A stretch of DNA of 64,000 nucleotides from contig CAWCXJ010000001.1 in NCBI GenBank assembly GCA_963799485.1, forward strand, positions 96,001 through 160,000. Reading direction: 5' to 3'. Origin of the DNA: an uncultured Trueperaceae bacterium. Lineage in GTDB: Bacteria; Deinococcota; Deinococci; Deinococcales; Trueperaceae. This document shows positions 43,222 through 53,235 of this stretch, piece by piece (within the stretch, counting starts at the first letter, position 1; the number at the start of each line of letters is the position of its first letter). Below the pieces are notes generated by a model that searched no databases, was not told the DNA's origin, and saw only the letters and a program-made list of their open reading frames with translations. The position numbers and the translations under genes are program-made.

Positions 43222-43578
43222 GTGAGCCCCGCTGCGCTACTGGCGCACCTGCTCGAGCTAGAAGGTGTCATCGATGCGGCGCTGATAAACCGGGACGGGG
43301 AGCCGCTAGCGCCTCTGTCCGAGACGCAGCCGCTCGCCTCCGTACAAGCTGCGCTCGCAACTTGTACGGCGTCTAACCGGGTACTCGCCGAGCTGTTGGG
43401 TGCTGAAGTCCCGACCCAGACGGTTTTGGAGTTCGCTTCGGAGACCGTTTTGCTTACTGTAAGCGCCGACCTCGCCGGCACACCGTGCCGCGTCGCCGCG
43501 CTCTGCAGGGTGCCGGACCTGAGCCGGGTACGCTTCGGCCTCCGGCGGCTTTTACCCCAGGCAGCCCTCGAGACCTAA
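43222..43578 (+). CDS. Roadblock/LC7-like protein
   Basis: LLELEGVIDAALINRDG..L, QTVLEF pattern; start uncertain. Confidence 0.6.
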   Translation: MSPAALLAHLLELEGVIDAALINRDGEPLAPLSETQPLASVQAALATCTASNRVLAELLGAEVPTQTVLEFASETVLLTVSADLAGTPCRVAALCRVPDLSRVRFGLRRLLPQAALET

Positions 43579-43637
43579 GGTATCAGGTGTGTACCGGGGT
43601 CCGGCTTGCGGTAGGCTTATTAGGTCTGGAGGTTTTT

Positions 43638-43910
43638 ATGAGTATGAAAGAGCTAAAGCTCGAGGTCGATAAAGAAACAGCCCGTGGTCGCTACGCCAAC
43701 GTCGCCGTGATCGCCCACACCAAAGACGAGTTCATCCTGGATTTTGCGCTCGCCTACCCGGGTCAGTCGCCCTCGGTCGGGTCGCGCGTGATTACCAGTC
43801 CACACCACGCCAAGGCGCTCTTACGCAGCTTGGAGGACAACGTGCGTAAATACGAAGACCGCTTTGGCACCATCGGTGAACCGCCGCGCCCCGCCTCCGG
43901 GGACAACTAG
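43638..43910 (+). CDS. DUF3467-family protein
   Basis: GRYANVAVIAHT..EFILDF, RVITSP.HAKAL...L..NV..YE..FG; GGAGG RBS. Confidence 0.88.
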   Translation: MSMKELKLEVDKETARGRYANVAVIAHTKDEFILDFALAYPGQSPSVGSRVITSPHHAKALLRSLEDNVRKYEDRFGTIGEPPRPASGDN

Positions 43911-44047
43911 GCAAATCGCCGGGTGAGGCGTTTTTCGCCGCTCACGGCTGCCCTGCGCTCACTTTTTGTACACGCTACGCCTTTGTAACTTTGGGCGCTG
44001 TTTTTCGGCTTACCTGAATTTGGGCGCGTGGGGGCTTTAATAGCTTC

Positions 44048-44665
44048 ATGCCTGAAGTGGTTACGGTTTACTACGATTATGTCTGCCCGTTTGCCTGGCG
44101 CGGCGCGGAACTCGCCGAGCAGATTGCGCCCGCACTCGGCCTCACCTTCGAGTGGCGACACTTTTCGCTCTACCAAAGTAACTACGCGGGCGGCAACGGC
44201 TGGCAGCTCTGGAACCAGAAACTCTCATTCGACGACGACGGCGGTGACAAGGGACTCTTGCCCTTTATGGCGTCGTGCGCGGCGCGGCGTCAGGGCAAAG
44301 AGAAGCACGCGGTGTTTCGCCTCGAGCTGATGCGCGCCCGTCACCGCGACCACAAACCTTTCTCGTTACAAACGCTCCGCGAGGTTGCCGAAGTCGCGGC
44401 TTTGGACCTGCCCCGCTTCGAGTCCGACCTCGCCAACCCCGAATGCCGCACGGTCTTGGCGCACGAACACCACCACGCCGTATCACAAGACATCTTCGGG
44501 ACGCCGACCTTTAGCTTTGAAAGCGGTCACACCGCCTACGTCCGTCTTAAAGCGCTCCCCTGCAGCGCTGCTGAAGCCGCCTCGCTCTTTACGAGTTACC
44601 GGAACCTACTCGAGCGCTACCCGTACCTAGAGACCCTCAAACGGCCCCGCCCCAAAGGAAACTGA
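44048..44665 (+). CDS. DsbA/thioredoxin-fold protein with a single-Cys motif
   Basis: YYDYVCPFAW, IFGTPTF. Confidence 0.85.
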   Translation: MPEVVTVYYDYVCPFAWRGAELAEQIAPALGLTFEWRHFSLYQSNYAGGNGWQLWNQKLSFDDDGGDKGLLPFMASCAARRQGKEKHAVFRLELMRARHRDHKPFSLQTLREVAEVAALDLPRFESDLANPECRTVLAHEHHHAVSQDIFGTPTFSFESGHTAYVRLKALPCSAAEAASLFTSYRNLLERYPYLETLKRPRPKGN

Positions 44666-44925
44666 CGTTGCCGAGCGCTTTCCCGGCAGCCTTGCCGGGT
44701 TGACGGACGTTTAAGAAATGCTGTTGCCCGTACGTCAAAACGCCCGTATATCAAAACCCGGTGCTTACGCTCTGCTTCTTACGGTTTACCTCTGGCACGG
44801 CAAAATCCATTGTGGCTGGGCTGTGCTGGTCACACCCGGGCGCCGCGTGCGTTTTTTGTAAGAGACGCCGCGCTAAACTGTAAACTGTGACTGAACTGCG
44901 TTTCTCGGCGTAACGGGTCGTAGTT

Positions 44926-47130
44926 ATGGAGGCGCGGGTGCTTTGGTCGGGTGTTGCAATATGGCTTTTCGGGATGACGCTCTTGCTACGTTCGCCCCGG
45001 TTGTTGGGTGCCGGAGTGTTTACTTCCCTGTTGGCGCTGAGTGGGCTTTTCGCCTTCTCCGGAGGGCTCGAGCGCGCGACCACGCCGCTGCTCTTGCAGG
45101 CACTCGCGCTCGGCGTTTTTTTGCCGCCTAAGCGCCCCGCGCGTGCACCCCGCGTTGCGCGGCGTAAAAGCAGTGCGCCCAAATGGAGCCTTGAAAGGCT
45201 GAGGCGGACGCTTCTGCCCAAACTGCCTCAAACGCTGAGTCTAGCGGCGTCGACCTCGGCAACCCCTACCGCTGTCTTCTACAAACCCGAGCGCGACACC
45301 TCTTCGCCACTCGATTTATGGGACGTTCCCGGCTATGAAGTGCTGGAAAAAGTCGGCTCCGGCGGGATGGCGAACGTCTTTAGAGCGCGCCGTAAACGCG
45401 ACGGTGCGCTTGTAGCGCTTAAAATCCCCAACGAGAACTTTGTCAGCGACGACAAGTTCATCCGCCGTTTTCATCAAGAGGCCGAGGTCGCGCAGGGGCT
45501 CGTTCACGCGAATATCGTGCGGACGCTCGAGCACGGCAGCGTCGGGGCAAAGCACTTTATGGTGATGGAATTTATCGAGGGCTTTAGTCTGGAGAGCTAC
45601 ATCGACGAACCCACCTACCGCCACGACTACGCGGCGAGCTGTGAACTGATGCGGCAGGCCGCCGCCGCGCTCAGCTATATCCACGACGCCGGGGTCGTTC
45701 ACCGCGATATCAAACCTGCCAACCTGATGCTGCGCGCAGAAGGTTTGAGAGCTACCGGTACCGAGGTCAGTTTCGCGCCGGACGCCCTCAAACTGATGGA
45801 TTTCGGGGTTGCCGGCGGGCAATCGACCAAGCCTACGGTGGCGGGCGCGCGCGTCGGCACGCCTATCTATATGTCACCCGAGCAGGCGCGCGGCCTTCGC
45901 GCGGACGAGCGCAGCGACGTCTACAGCCTGGGGCTGGTGTTTTACGAACTGCTGACCGGGCAGTCGGCCTTTAAGGGGGGGTACGAGGTCATCGTGCATC
46001 AGCAAATTTTCCAGCTGCCACCCCCGCCCCGGCAGCACGACGCGCGTATTCCGCTGCAGCTCGAGCGTCTGGTGATGCAGATGGTCGCCAAAGCACCCGA
46101 AGCGCGCCCAAGCCTGGCTGAAATCGAATACCGGCTTGCCGAACGCGCCCCCCTGCCCGAACTCGCGCCCAAAAGTCGGCTCTTGTGTACGCTCGAGACG
46201 GCTCAGGGTTCGCTGCTTATCTTGGACGGTGTAGGTAACGTCAGCGCCCCCGGTGACGTCGGGGCCGCCCTCCCCGCGCCGTCCAAGGCGTGCGCCTGCG
46301 ACAGTAGCGGCAACTTGTACCTCGCAGTTACAGAAGCGCTCGAGCCCGGCAGGCGTTACCCGCTGATTCACAAGCTGGCTCCGGACGGCGCACCGCTTTT
46401 GGCTTTTGGACGTTACGGTATGAAACCCGGCGAGTTTTTGCGGCCTGTCGCCCTCGCCGCCGCGCCGGACGACAGCCTCTGGGTTTTGGACGCCGAAACA
46501 CACCGGGTAGAGCATTTTCAAGAAGACGGTCTCTATCTAGGCGGTTTTGGCGGGCCGGGCGCGGGTGAAGGACGGTTTAACGACCCGCGCGACCTCCTCG
46601 TCGATGCTCACGGCGAGGTGTACGTTCTCGACTACGGCAACCGGCAAGTGCAGCGTTTCGGTGCCGACGGCGCGTACAAAAACCGCTGGGCGTTTCGTAT
46701 GTCGGACCGAAGTGTAGACGATATGAGCGCAACGACGTCGGGTAACCATTCAGATACTAAGTTTTCAGATACCAAGGTGTCAGGTACTCAGGTGCCGGGT
46801 GCTCAGATGCCGGGTGCTCAGGCGGAGCTTCGTCTCCTCAGCGGTTTTACGCTAAGTCAGGCCGGCGACCTTTATCTGCGAGAGGCGCAGACCGGCAAGG
46901 TTCACCGGATCGCGCCGCAGGGCGGGACGCTCGAGACGCTTCTCTTGGGTCAAATGGCGACCATTCGGCCCGATAAACTCGTTGACTTGGGAGTAGACGA
47001 CGCAGGCAATCTGTTTGCCGCCGAGCGTGGCAGCAGCACGATCTTCAAATACGCGCCGAGCGGTGAACTGCTCGCAGCGCTCGAGACCTGCGCCCCCATC
47101 GCGCAGCTAAGGGTCGATGTAAGCGCCTAG
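44926..47130 (+). CDS. Membrane-anchored Hanks-type Ser/Thr kinase with C-terminal NHL repeats
   Basis: N-terminal hydrophobic helices; GSGGMA, ALK, HRDIKPAN, DFG, YMSPE, DVYSLG; NHL repeats FLRPVALA, FNDPRDL..D..GEVYVLDYGNRQVQRF. Confidence 0.92.
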   Translation: MEARVLWSGVAIWLFGMTLLLRSPRLLGAGVFTSLLALSGLFAFSGGLERATTPLLLQALALGVFLPPKRPARAPRVARRKSSAPKWSLERLRRTLLPKLPQTLSLAASTSATPTAVFYKPERDTSSPLDLWDVPGYEVLEKVGSGGMANVFRARRKRDGALVALKIPNENFVSDDKFIRRFHQEAEVAQGLVHANIVRTLEHGSVGAKHFMVMEFIEGFSLESYIDEPTYRHDYAASCELMRQAAAALSYIHDAGVVHRDIKPANLMLRAEGLRATGTEVSFAPDALKLMDFGVAGGQSTKPTVAGARVGTPIYMSPEQARGLRADERSDVYSLGLVFYELLTGQSAFKGGYEVIVHQQIFQLPPPPRQHDARIPLQLERLVMQMVAKAPEARPSLAEIEYRLAERAPLPELAPKSRLLCTLETAQGSLLILDGVGNVSAPGDVGAALPAPSKACACDSSGNLYLAVTEALEPGRRYPLIHKLAPDGAPLLAFGRYGMKPGEFLRPVALAAAPDDSLWVLDAETHRVEHFQEDGLYLGGFGGPGAGEGRFNDPRDLLVDAHGEVYVLDYGNRQVQRFGADGAYKNRWAFRMSDRSVDDMSATTSGNHSDTKFSDTKVSGTQVPGAQMPGAQAELRLLSGFTLSQAGDLYLREAQTGKVHRIAPQGGTLETLLLGQMATIRPDKLVDLGVDDAGNLFAAERGSSTIFKYAPSGELLAALETCAPIAQLRVDVSA
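46750..46824 (+). repeat. Five degenerate 15-bp in-frame tandem repeats
   Basis: Encodes SDTKF-SDTKV-SGTQV-PGAQM-PGAQA. Confidence 0.8.
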
Positions 47131-47255
47131 CATGCCGGTTACGGTTTGATGAAGCCGCCTCGAGCCGACGCCGAGGCGCAAACAAATGAGAGATGTTCTT
47201 TCGTCTCTCACCGCGCTTACGCCCAAACCAAGTAAGGTGCGCTTTGGAGGAAACT

Positions 47256-47759
47256 GTGGTTCTAACGACGTTGAAGATGCTTTTTTGTACGGTTCTGCTC
47301 GCACTGCCCGTGGGCTTTGCCCAATTTTATCTCGGCGGAACAGTCGGTACGCCGCTCTCTGCGCCCGTAAACCCAACCGATTATGTTGAACTCGGCGCGC
47401 AGCTGGGTTTCGACCCGTTGCCGGGGTTTGGAGTGCGCGTCGGCGCTGAAGGAAATCCCTTTAACGGCGGCCTCAAGCTCGCCGGCGGCGACGCGCTCTT
47501 CCGTTTTTTTCTGCCGCTCTCGGCAACCTCGCTCTATACCGGGCTCGGGGCCGACGCCCTTTTTGGCACTCAACCGACCTCGCTGGCGGCGTTTCGTGAG
47601 GCACAGCTTATCGCGCACGTGCTCGGGGGCCTCGAGCTTCGGTTGGGTAGTTTCGGTGTGTTTGGCGAACTGCTGCCCAGCTATAAAATCGGGAGTGACT
47701 TTACCAGCAGCGGCGCGTACTTTGTGCGGCTAAGGGGGGGCGTCAACCTTCACTTTTAG
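47256..47759 (+). CDS. Putative outer-membrane beta-barrel protein
   Basis: GGAGGA RBS, signal peptide ending GFAQ, amphipathic strands, terminal GGVNLHF. Confidence 0.65.
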   Translation: MVLTTLKMLFCTVLLALPVGFAQFYLGGTVGTPLSAPVNPTDYVELGAQLGFDPLPGFGVRVGAEGNPFNGGLKLAGGDALFRFFLPLSATSLYTGLGADALFGTQPTSLAAFREAQLIAHVLGGLELRLGSFGVFGELLPSYKIGSDFTSSGAYFVRLRGGVNLHF

Positions 47760-47794
47760 AATCAACTAAGCCGACCTGCTGTAAGGGCGGTCTC

Positions 47795-47821
47795 GGGGGT
47801 GCGGCGGCATCCTCTTTTTTT
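47795..47821 (+). terminator. Putative intrinsic terminator
   Basis: GGGGGTGC-GGCG-GCATCCTC followed by a T-run. Confidence 0.55.
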
Positions 47822-47940
47822 GGATATGAAATCCGGACATCCTGTTTCCTGCCTGAACGCCCGCACGAGTAGCGCAGCGAGCCGCGACGGTGTAGAGTAA
47901 AAGACGCTACTGAGCGACAATTCCAGTTGAGGAGGCAGAG

Positions 47941-49206
47941 ATGAAAAAGTGTGTCGTGACTTTGGGCTTTACCCTGTGTTTGACCGTTTTGGGACTGGGC
48001 TTCGCGCAGGTGCGGGTCTTTATCGGCTCGACGCTGCGCCCGGACGTGATCGGCCCGATTCTAGACCAGTTCACTGAAGAGACCGGGATTCAAACCGAAC
48101 TCGAGGAGGGCGGCGCGACCAGCGAAGTGCGTGACCAGTACCTCAGTACGATTCTTACGAGCCGCAGCGGAGACATCGACTTGTACTTGATGGACGTGGT
48201 GAACCCGCCGCAATATGCCGCTGCGGGTTGGGCCGAACCGTTAGACGGTTATTTCGAGTCCGAAGCGGCGCAGCGTGAGTTTCTCGAGCCTTTCCTAGAC
48301 AGCGTGGTCGAGGCCAACACCGTAGACGGTCAACTTTACGGCATCCCCGGTTGGACGGACGCGCAGTTCTTGTACTACCGTAAAGACTTGCTCGACAAAT
48401 ACGGCTTTGAACCGCCGACAAGCTGGGAAGAGCTCAAAACGCAGGCGCTCGCCATTATGGAGGGCGAGGGCGACCCCAGTTTGCAGGGCTTTAACTATCA
48501 GGGCGCCGCTATCGAAGGTACCAACTGCACCTTTTTAGAGGCGCTCTGGACGGCGGGCGGCGACTGGCAGGCCGAGGACGGCACCGTCACCGTCGATACC
48601 GAGGCAGGCCGGACGGCTTTGGCGTGGTACGACGAGACGCTTTCATCCGGTATTACCAAGCAGGGTATCGCCGAAGAGACGACCGACTTAAGCCGTCAGG
48701 CATTTCAGGCCGGGGACGTTGTCTTCATGCTCAACTGGGGTTACGCTTGGGCACTTTTTCAAGAGGGCCAAGAGGGTGAAGAAACCCAAGTGGCCGGGAA
48801 AGTTGGCGTCGCACCCTTGCCCGCTTTTGACGACAACGAATCGGCAACCTGCGTCGGCGGCTTTCAGTGGGCGATGAACCCCTTTAGCGACAACAAAGAA
48901 GAAGCGTTTCAGGTGATGCAGTATATGGCGTCATACGACTCACAAAAAGAGCTGGCGATTGCGGCGAGCCACATCCCGGCTAGAGACGCGCTCTACCAAG
49001 ATGAAGAGGTGTTAGCCGCCGCGCCGCAGTTCGGACAGTTTTTCGACGTGATTAAAAACGCCCGCCCGCGCCCGCTGACGCCCTTTTACGGCGAAGTCTC
49101 GGAGCTCATTCGCACGAATATGAACGCTTTTTTTGCCCGCGCCCAAGACGCCGACACGACGCTCTCACAGATGCAGTCGGGGCTGACAGATATCCTCGAG
49201 CAGTAG
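47941..49206 (+). CDS. Sugar ABC substrate-binding protein (trehalose/maltose-like)
   Basis: Signal peptide, DGQLYGIP..TDAQFLYYRKDLL, FQAG..FMLNW, PRP.TP.Y. Confidence 0.92.
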   Translation: MKKCVVTLGFTLCLTVLGLGFAQVRVFIGSTLRPDVIGPILDQFTEETGIQTELEEGGATSEVRDQYLSTILTSRSGDIDLYLMDVVNPPQYAAAGWAEPLDGYFESEAAQREFLEPFLDSVVEANTVDGQLYGIPGWTDAQFLYYRKDLLDKYGFEPPTSWEELKTQALAIMEGEGDPSLQGFNYQGAAIEGTNCTFLEALWTAGGDWQAEDGTVTVDTEAGRTALAWYDETLSSGITKQGIAEETTDLSRQAFQAGDVVFMLNWGYAWALFQEGQEGEETQVAGKVGVAPLPAFDDNESATCVGGFQWAMNPFSDNKEEAFQVMQYMASYDSQKELAIAASHIPARDALYQDEEVLAAAPQFGQFFDVIKNARPRPLTPFYGEVSELIRTNMNAFFARAQDADTTLSQMQSGLTDILEQ

Positions 49207-49212
49207 CCTTAG

Positions 49213-50319
49213 ATGTCTACACTTGCTAAACCGTACAAGCGCCCAGGTTTCTGGGCGCGTTTAACATCTGGAAATCCCACTGAGGCGCAGCTCGGGTATC
49301 TCTTACTCGTTCCGGCCTTTTTAGTCCTGGCACTGGTGATGTTTTATCCAATTGTGAACGTCGTCTGGAAATCTTTGCACTACGAAAAGCTCAACCTGCC
49401 CATGCGGGGAACGCCGTTTACGGGGCTCGCGAATTTCCGCGAAATGGCGTGGGGCGAAGGGCTGACCTGGACGCTCACGCATCTGCTGATGTGGCGTTCG
49501 CTGCTACTCGCTGCGCTCGTCGCCGCGTGGGTGTTCGTCTGGCGGAGGTTTTCCTGGACAGCGTTCGGCTGGAGTGCGCTGCTCGTGGCAGTGTGGGCGC
49601 TGCTCGGGATTCAGCCGGGGCCGGAAGGCAGCTGGAACGACCCCCGCTTTTACAACGCGTTCGGCGTTTCGCTGCTGATTATCTTCGTCAGCGTCGTCGG
49701 CTCGTTTCTAGTTGGCTTGCCGCTCGCGCTTATCGCCGACCTCAAAACGCGCGGACGCTGGCTCGTTCGGGTAGCGCTGCTACTACCCTGGGCAATGCCG
49801 CCGGTTCTGACCGGTTTGATGTTCTCATGGCTGTTTCAAGACCGCTACGGCGTGGTCAACGATTTGCTCGCGCGTATCGGGATCGACGGGCCCATCTGGT
49901 TGGCCCGCGTTACGCCCGCTATCGTCGCCGTAAACTACACGCTTATCTGGAAAACGTCGTCGTTCGTGGGTCTTGTTCTCCTTGCCGGACTCCAGTCGAT
50001 CGACCGAGGGCTTTACGAAGCTGCTGAGGTTGACGGAGCGAGTGGCTGGCAACGGTTCTGGCGGATTACGCTGCCGCTGTTACGGCCTGCAATCGCGGTT
50101 GCCCTCATCTTTCGCACCTTGACAGCGATTCAAGCGTTCGACGTACCATTTGCGATGACGCGGGGCGGGCCGGGACGGGCTTTGGAAACCCTCGGTATCT
50201 ACGTCTACAACACCACCCTGACGCTCGACATCGGGTACGCGGCGGCGCTCTCGGTGGCGCTCTTTTTGCTGAGTTTGGGCATCACCGTCTTTTATCTGCG
50301 CTGGATTTACACCGAATGA
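49213..50319 (+). CDS. Sugar ABC permease
   Basis: FTGLANF, LLLPWA, LYEAAEVDGA; extra hydrophobic insert. Confidence 0.92.
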   Translation: MSTLAKPYKRPGFWARLTSGNPTEAQLGYLLLVPAFLVLALVMFYPIVNVVWKSLHYEKLNLPMRGTPFTGLANFREMAWGEGLTWTLTHLLMWRSLLLAALVAAWVFVWRRFSWTAFGWSALLVAVWALLGIQPGPEGSWNDPRFYNAFGVSLLIIFVSVVGSFLVGLPLALIADLKTRGRWLVRVALLLPWAMPPVLTGLMFSWLFQDRYGVVNDLLARIGIDGPIWLARVTPAIVAVNYTLIWKTSSFVGLVLLAGLQSIDRGLYEAAEVDGASGWQRFWRITLPLLRPAIAVALIFRTLTAIQAFDVPFAMTRGGPGRALETLGIYVYNTTLTLDIGYAAALSVALFLLSLGITVFYLRWIYTE

Positions 50320-51179
50320 ACCGGCTGTTCAAATATGCCGCCGTGCTGCTCGTTATCATCAACGGAATCTTTCCGGCGTTCTGGCTGCTCCTCACCTCGT
50401 TTAAGACCGACGGCGAATTGCGGCAGTTACCTATTACTTACTTGCCGCAAAACTTTACGCTGCAAAACTACGTCTCGGTCTTTTCCGAAAACCCGTTCGG
50501 GCGCTTTTTGCTCAACTCGGCGGTTGTGTCTATCGTAGCGACGCTTTTGTGCGTCCTTTTCGCCGGCTTTGCCGGCTACGCGCTCGGGCGGCTCAACCTG
50601 CCGGGACGCCGCGTGATCCTCACGCTTATCGTTATGACGAGTATGTTTCCGGCGCTCGTGCTGCTCGTCCCGCTCTACCGGCTGTTCGTCGGCGTCGAAA
50701 TCCCCTTTTTGAGCGACCTGTTCGGCTCGCCCGTCTTTACGCCGAACCTGCTCAACACTTACTGGGCGCTGATTATTCCGTATGTCGCCCTAAGTTTGCC
50801 GATTGCCACGCTGATTTTGACAAGTTTCTTTCAGCTGATTCCGGCTGATTTGGAAAGTGCCGCTTTGGTAGACGGCTGCACCCGTGTCTCGGCGCTGTTT
50901 CGCATCGTTGCGCCGGTCAGTGCGCCCGGTATCGTGACGGCGGCGATTATCGTCTTTGTCAACTCATGGAACGAGTTTCTGCTGGCCTTGACCTTTAATA
51001 CGAGTTTGCAGATGCGTACCGTCCCGGTCGGGATTACCCTCTATCAGGGTGAATATGCGTTTCCCTGGGCGATTATCAGTTCGGCAATTATGCTGGGCGT
51101 GTTACCCCTGGTCGTACTGATCATCTTTTTTCAGCGGCGGATTATCAGCGGGTTGACGGCGGGGGGCGTCAAGGGTTGA
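50316..51179 (+). CDS. Sugar ABC permease
   Basis: ESAALVDG, WNEFLLAL, GLTAGGVKG. Confidence 0.92.
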   Translation: MNRLFKYAAVLLVIINGIFPAFWLLLTSFKTDGELRQLPITYLPQNFTLQNYVSVFSENPFGRFLLNSAVVSIVATLLCVLFAGFAGYALGRLNLPGRRVILTLIVMTSMFPALVLLVPLYRLFVGVEIPFLSDLFGSPVFTPNLLNTYWALIIPYVALSLPIATLILTSFFQLIPADLESAALVDGCTRVSALFRIVAPVSAPGIVTAAIIVFVNSWNEFLLALTFNTSLQMRTVPVGITLYQGEYAFPWAIISSAIMLGVLPLVVLIIFFQRRIISGLTAGGVKG

Positions 51180-51420
51180 AAAGTAACAGTAAACGGCTCA
51201 CGCAAAAAGACGACCGCCAAACTCGGAGCGTGGTGGAAACGCGCTCGGCGACCTTGTTCTCGTAATGAGACGCGGTTTACTGCATCAGCCTATACTTAAA
51301 AATTCCGACTCTACCTGTACTTGCGCAAACCAATACTTGTGCAAACCAAGGTCGACGAAAGAGAGTATAGCCCCTGCTCCCTGCCAGGCCTCCTTGAGGC
51401 TGTGTTCTCGCAGGGAGAAC

Positions 51421-52224
51421 TTACCCCTTCTGACTTGACTCGTCTAAAAACATCCCCATCGCATGATACCCGGCGTCTACATAGACGGTCTCGCCTGTGA
51501 CGCCGCCCCCAAGTTCTTCGGTGAGTAAAGACAGGGCCACCCCCGCGACTTCTTCCTGGGTAATGTTGCGCCGGAGCATCGAGAGTTTGCCGGCAGTTTC
51601 AAACATACTGCCGAACCCTGAAATGCTCCGCGCCGCTACGGTGCGGAGCGGCCCCGCGCTGATGGCGTTGACCCGGACACCCTGCGCGCCGAGGTCGTAG
51701 GCAAGGAATCTAACGCTGGCCTCGAGCGCCGCCTTTGCCACGCCCATCATGTTGTAGTGCGGCACGACGCGTTCGGCAGCCAGATAGGTGAGCGCCAGCA
51801 TCCCGCTGCCCTCTTTCATCAAGGGTTGCGCCCGCCGCGCCATCGCCACGAGCGAATAGGCGGACACGTCCATCGCCAACGCCCAGTCCTCCCGGGAGAC
51901 CTCGTAAAAGGGTTTTTCAAAGGTTGCCGGCGGCGCAAAGGCGACCGCGTGAATGAGATAGTCGAGCCCGCCGAGTTCATTCTTTAGGGTTTCAAACGCT
52001 GCGTCGAGTTCGTCGTCTCGGGTTACGTCGCACTGCAAAAGAAGGGGCTTGTCGAAGTTTGCGGTGAGTTTCTCCAAGGTGCCCCTAAGCCTTTCACCCT
52101 GATAGCCAAATGCGAGCTGTGCGCCCGCTTGCGAGAGCTTTTCGGCGATGGCCCAGCCAATCGAGCGCTGATTGGTCACGCCGAAAACGACGCCCTTTTT
52201 ACCGCTTAAATCGAGTGTGTACAT
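51421..52224 (-). CDS. fabI: Enoyl-ACP reductase (NADH)
   Basis: GVTNQRSIGWAIA, SAYSL, YNMMGVAKAALE, NAISAGP. Confidence 0.96.
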   Translation of the reverse strand: MYTLDLSGKKGVVFGVTNQRSIGWAIAEKLSQAGAQLAFGYQGERLRGTLEKLTANFDKPLLLQCDVTRDDELDAAFETLKNELGGLDYLIHAVAFAPPATFEKPFYEVSREDWALAMDVSAYSLVAMARRAQPLMKEGSGMLALTYLAAERVVPHYNMMGVAKAALEASVRFLAYDLGAQGVRVNAISAGPLRTVAARSISGFGSMFETAGKLSMLRRNITQEEVAGVALSLLTEELGGGVTGETVYVDAGYHAMGMFLDESSQKG

Positions 52225-52245
52225 GGCGCTTAAGCTACCACACGC

Positions 52246-52461
52246 CTACTCTTCTTGCTCGAGGTGTTTGTCTGGCTCGACCAGCGTTTTGCGTTCGTTG
52301 AGGTCTCGGTTGTAACGCCTAATGAACCACACCGTCAGTCAAACGAGCAGCCGGGCGGGTACGGCGACAATCCGGAAAAGCCAAAAGACCATCCAGAGAT
52401 TCCAGATCCAGCTAACAAGTACGCCTGCGCCTTTACTCACGGGTGCGTTCTGCGGACGCAC
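52246..52461 (-). pseudogene. Small membrane protein ORF interrupted by an in-frame TGA (52339-41)
   Basis: GGAGGA-GTG; ...WMVFWLFRIVAVPARLLV*LTVWFIRRYNRDLNERKTLVEPDKHLEQEE*. Confidence 0.4.
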
Positions 52462-52491
52462 GTCCTCCAGTCTAGCTGTTAGAGTTGAACC

Positions 52492-52758
52492 ATGCTCCGC
52501 GTCTACGGTGTAGAAGGTTGCGGCCCCTGTGAAGTGACGAAGCTGTTTTTGCGCTCGAGACACGTCCCTTTCGAGTTTATCGACGTAGCAACCCAACCGG
52601 ACAAACGCCGAGAGCTTAAAGAAAAACTCGGCTCGCTTACCGGCGGTGTTATCTTAGACGGCTCGGAAGACGGCGAGGATATCGTTGTCATGCAGGGTGT
52701 GTCGGTTGCCAAACTCAGCCGCTACCTGGCGGAATATCAGGCCCGTCACCCGGTTTGA
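52492..52758 (+). CDS. Glutaredoxin-like protein
   Basis: YGVEGCGPC..TK.FL...VPFEFIDV; TAGAGT 6 nt before ATG. Confidence 0.85.
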   Translation: MLRVYGVEGCGPCEVTKLFLRSRHVPFEFIDVATQPDKRRELKEKLGSLTGGVILDGSEDGEDIVVMQGVSVAKLSRYLAEYQARHPV

Positions 52759-52761
52759 TGG

Positions 52762-53180
52762 CTACCGAACCGGTTTGCTTATGCGGTAGACCGTCCCGCC
52801 GACAAAACTGCCTGTTTTAGTGCTTGCCCGAACGATTTTCGAGCGTGTCCGGAGCACGACAAAAAGCCCTCTCGGCGCAAACGGTGACGCGACACCCGTC
52901 GGGGTCGTGCCGGGGGCGAAAAGTGCGAGGGCACTTTTGCCCTACTTGTTTTTGCGTCTCGAGGTTTACGGCGACAACCTGACCCGTTCCGGCGTTTTCA
53001 CCCCCGGCAAGCTGCGCCGCCCACAAGCGTCCGTCCGGGCCGAAGGTCATCTGCGCCGGGCCGCGCAAACCCGTTACGAAGGGCTCGAGCCGGTAGCCGT
53101 CCGGGACTTTCGGCGTTTGGGCAAAACTCAAAGAGAGTTCAGGAGAACTGCCAAAAAAGAGGCCGCGTAGTCCAGTTCAA
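52762..53180 (-). pseudogene. Remnant of a PQQ/sorbosone-dehydrogenase-like secreted propeller protein
   Basis: VPDGYRLEPFVTGLRGPAQMTFGPDGRLW, then a frame jump near 52942 to ALFAPGTTPTGVA...GGTVYRIS*; far shorter than the family. Confidence 0.65.
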
Positions 53181-53235
53181 GGCGGCCTCTCTGGGGCGAC
53201 GTAAGCAGGTCTTGCCGAAACCCGCGGTAAGTCTG

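Noticed and set aside
37771..51205. Shared AAACGGCTCAC downstream of two genes (near 37773 and 51191)
   Set aside because: Only about 11 bp and two copies; could be chance
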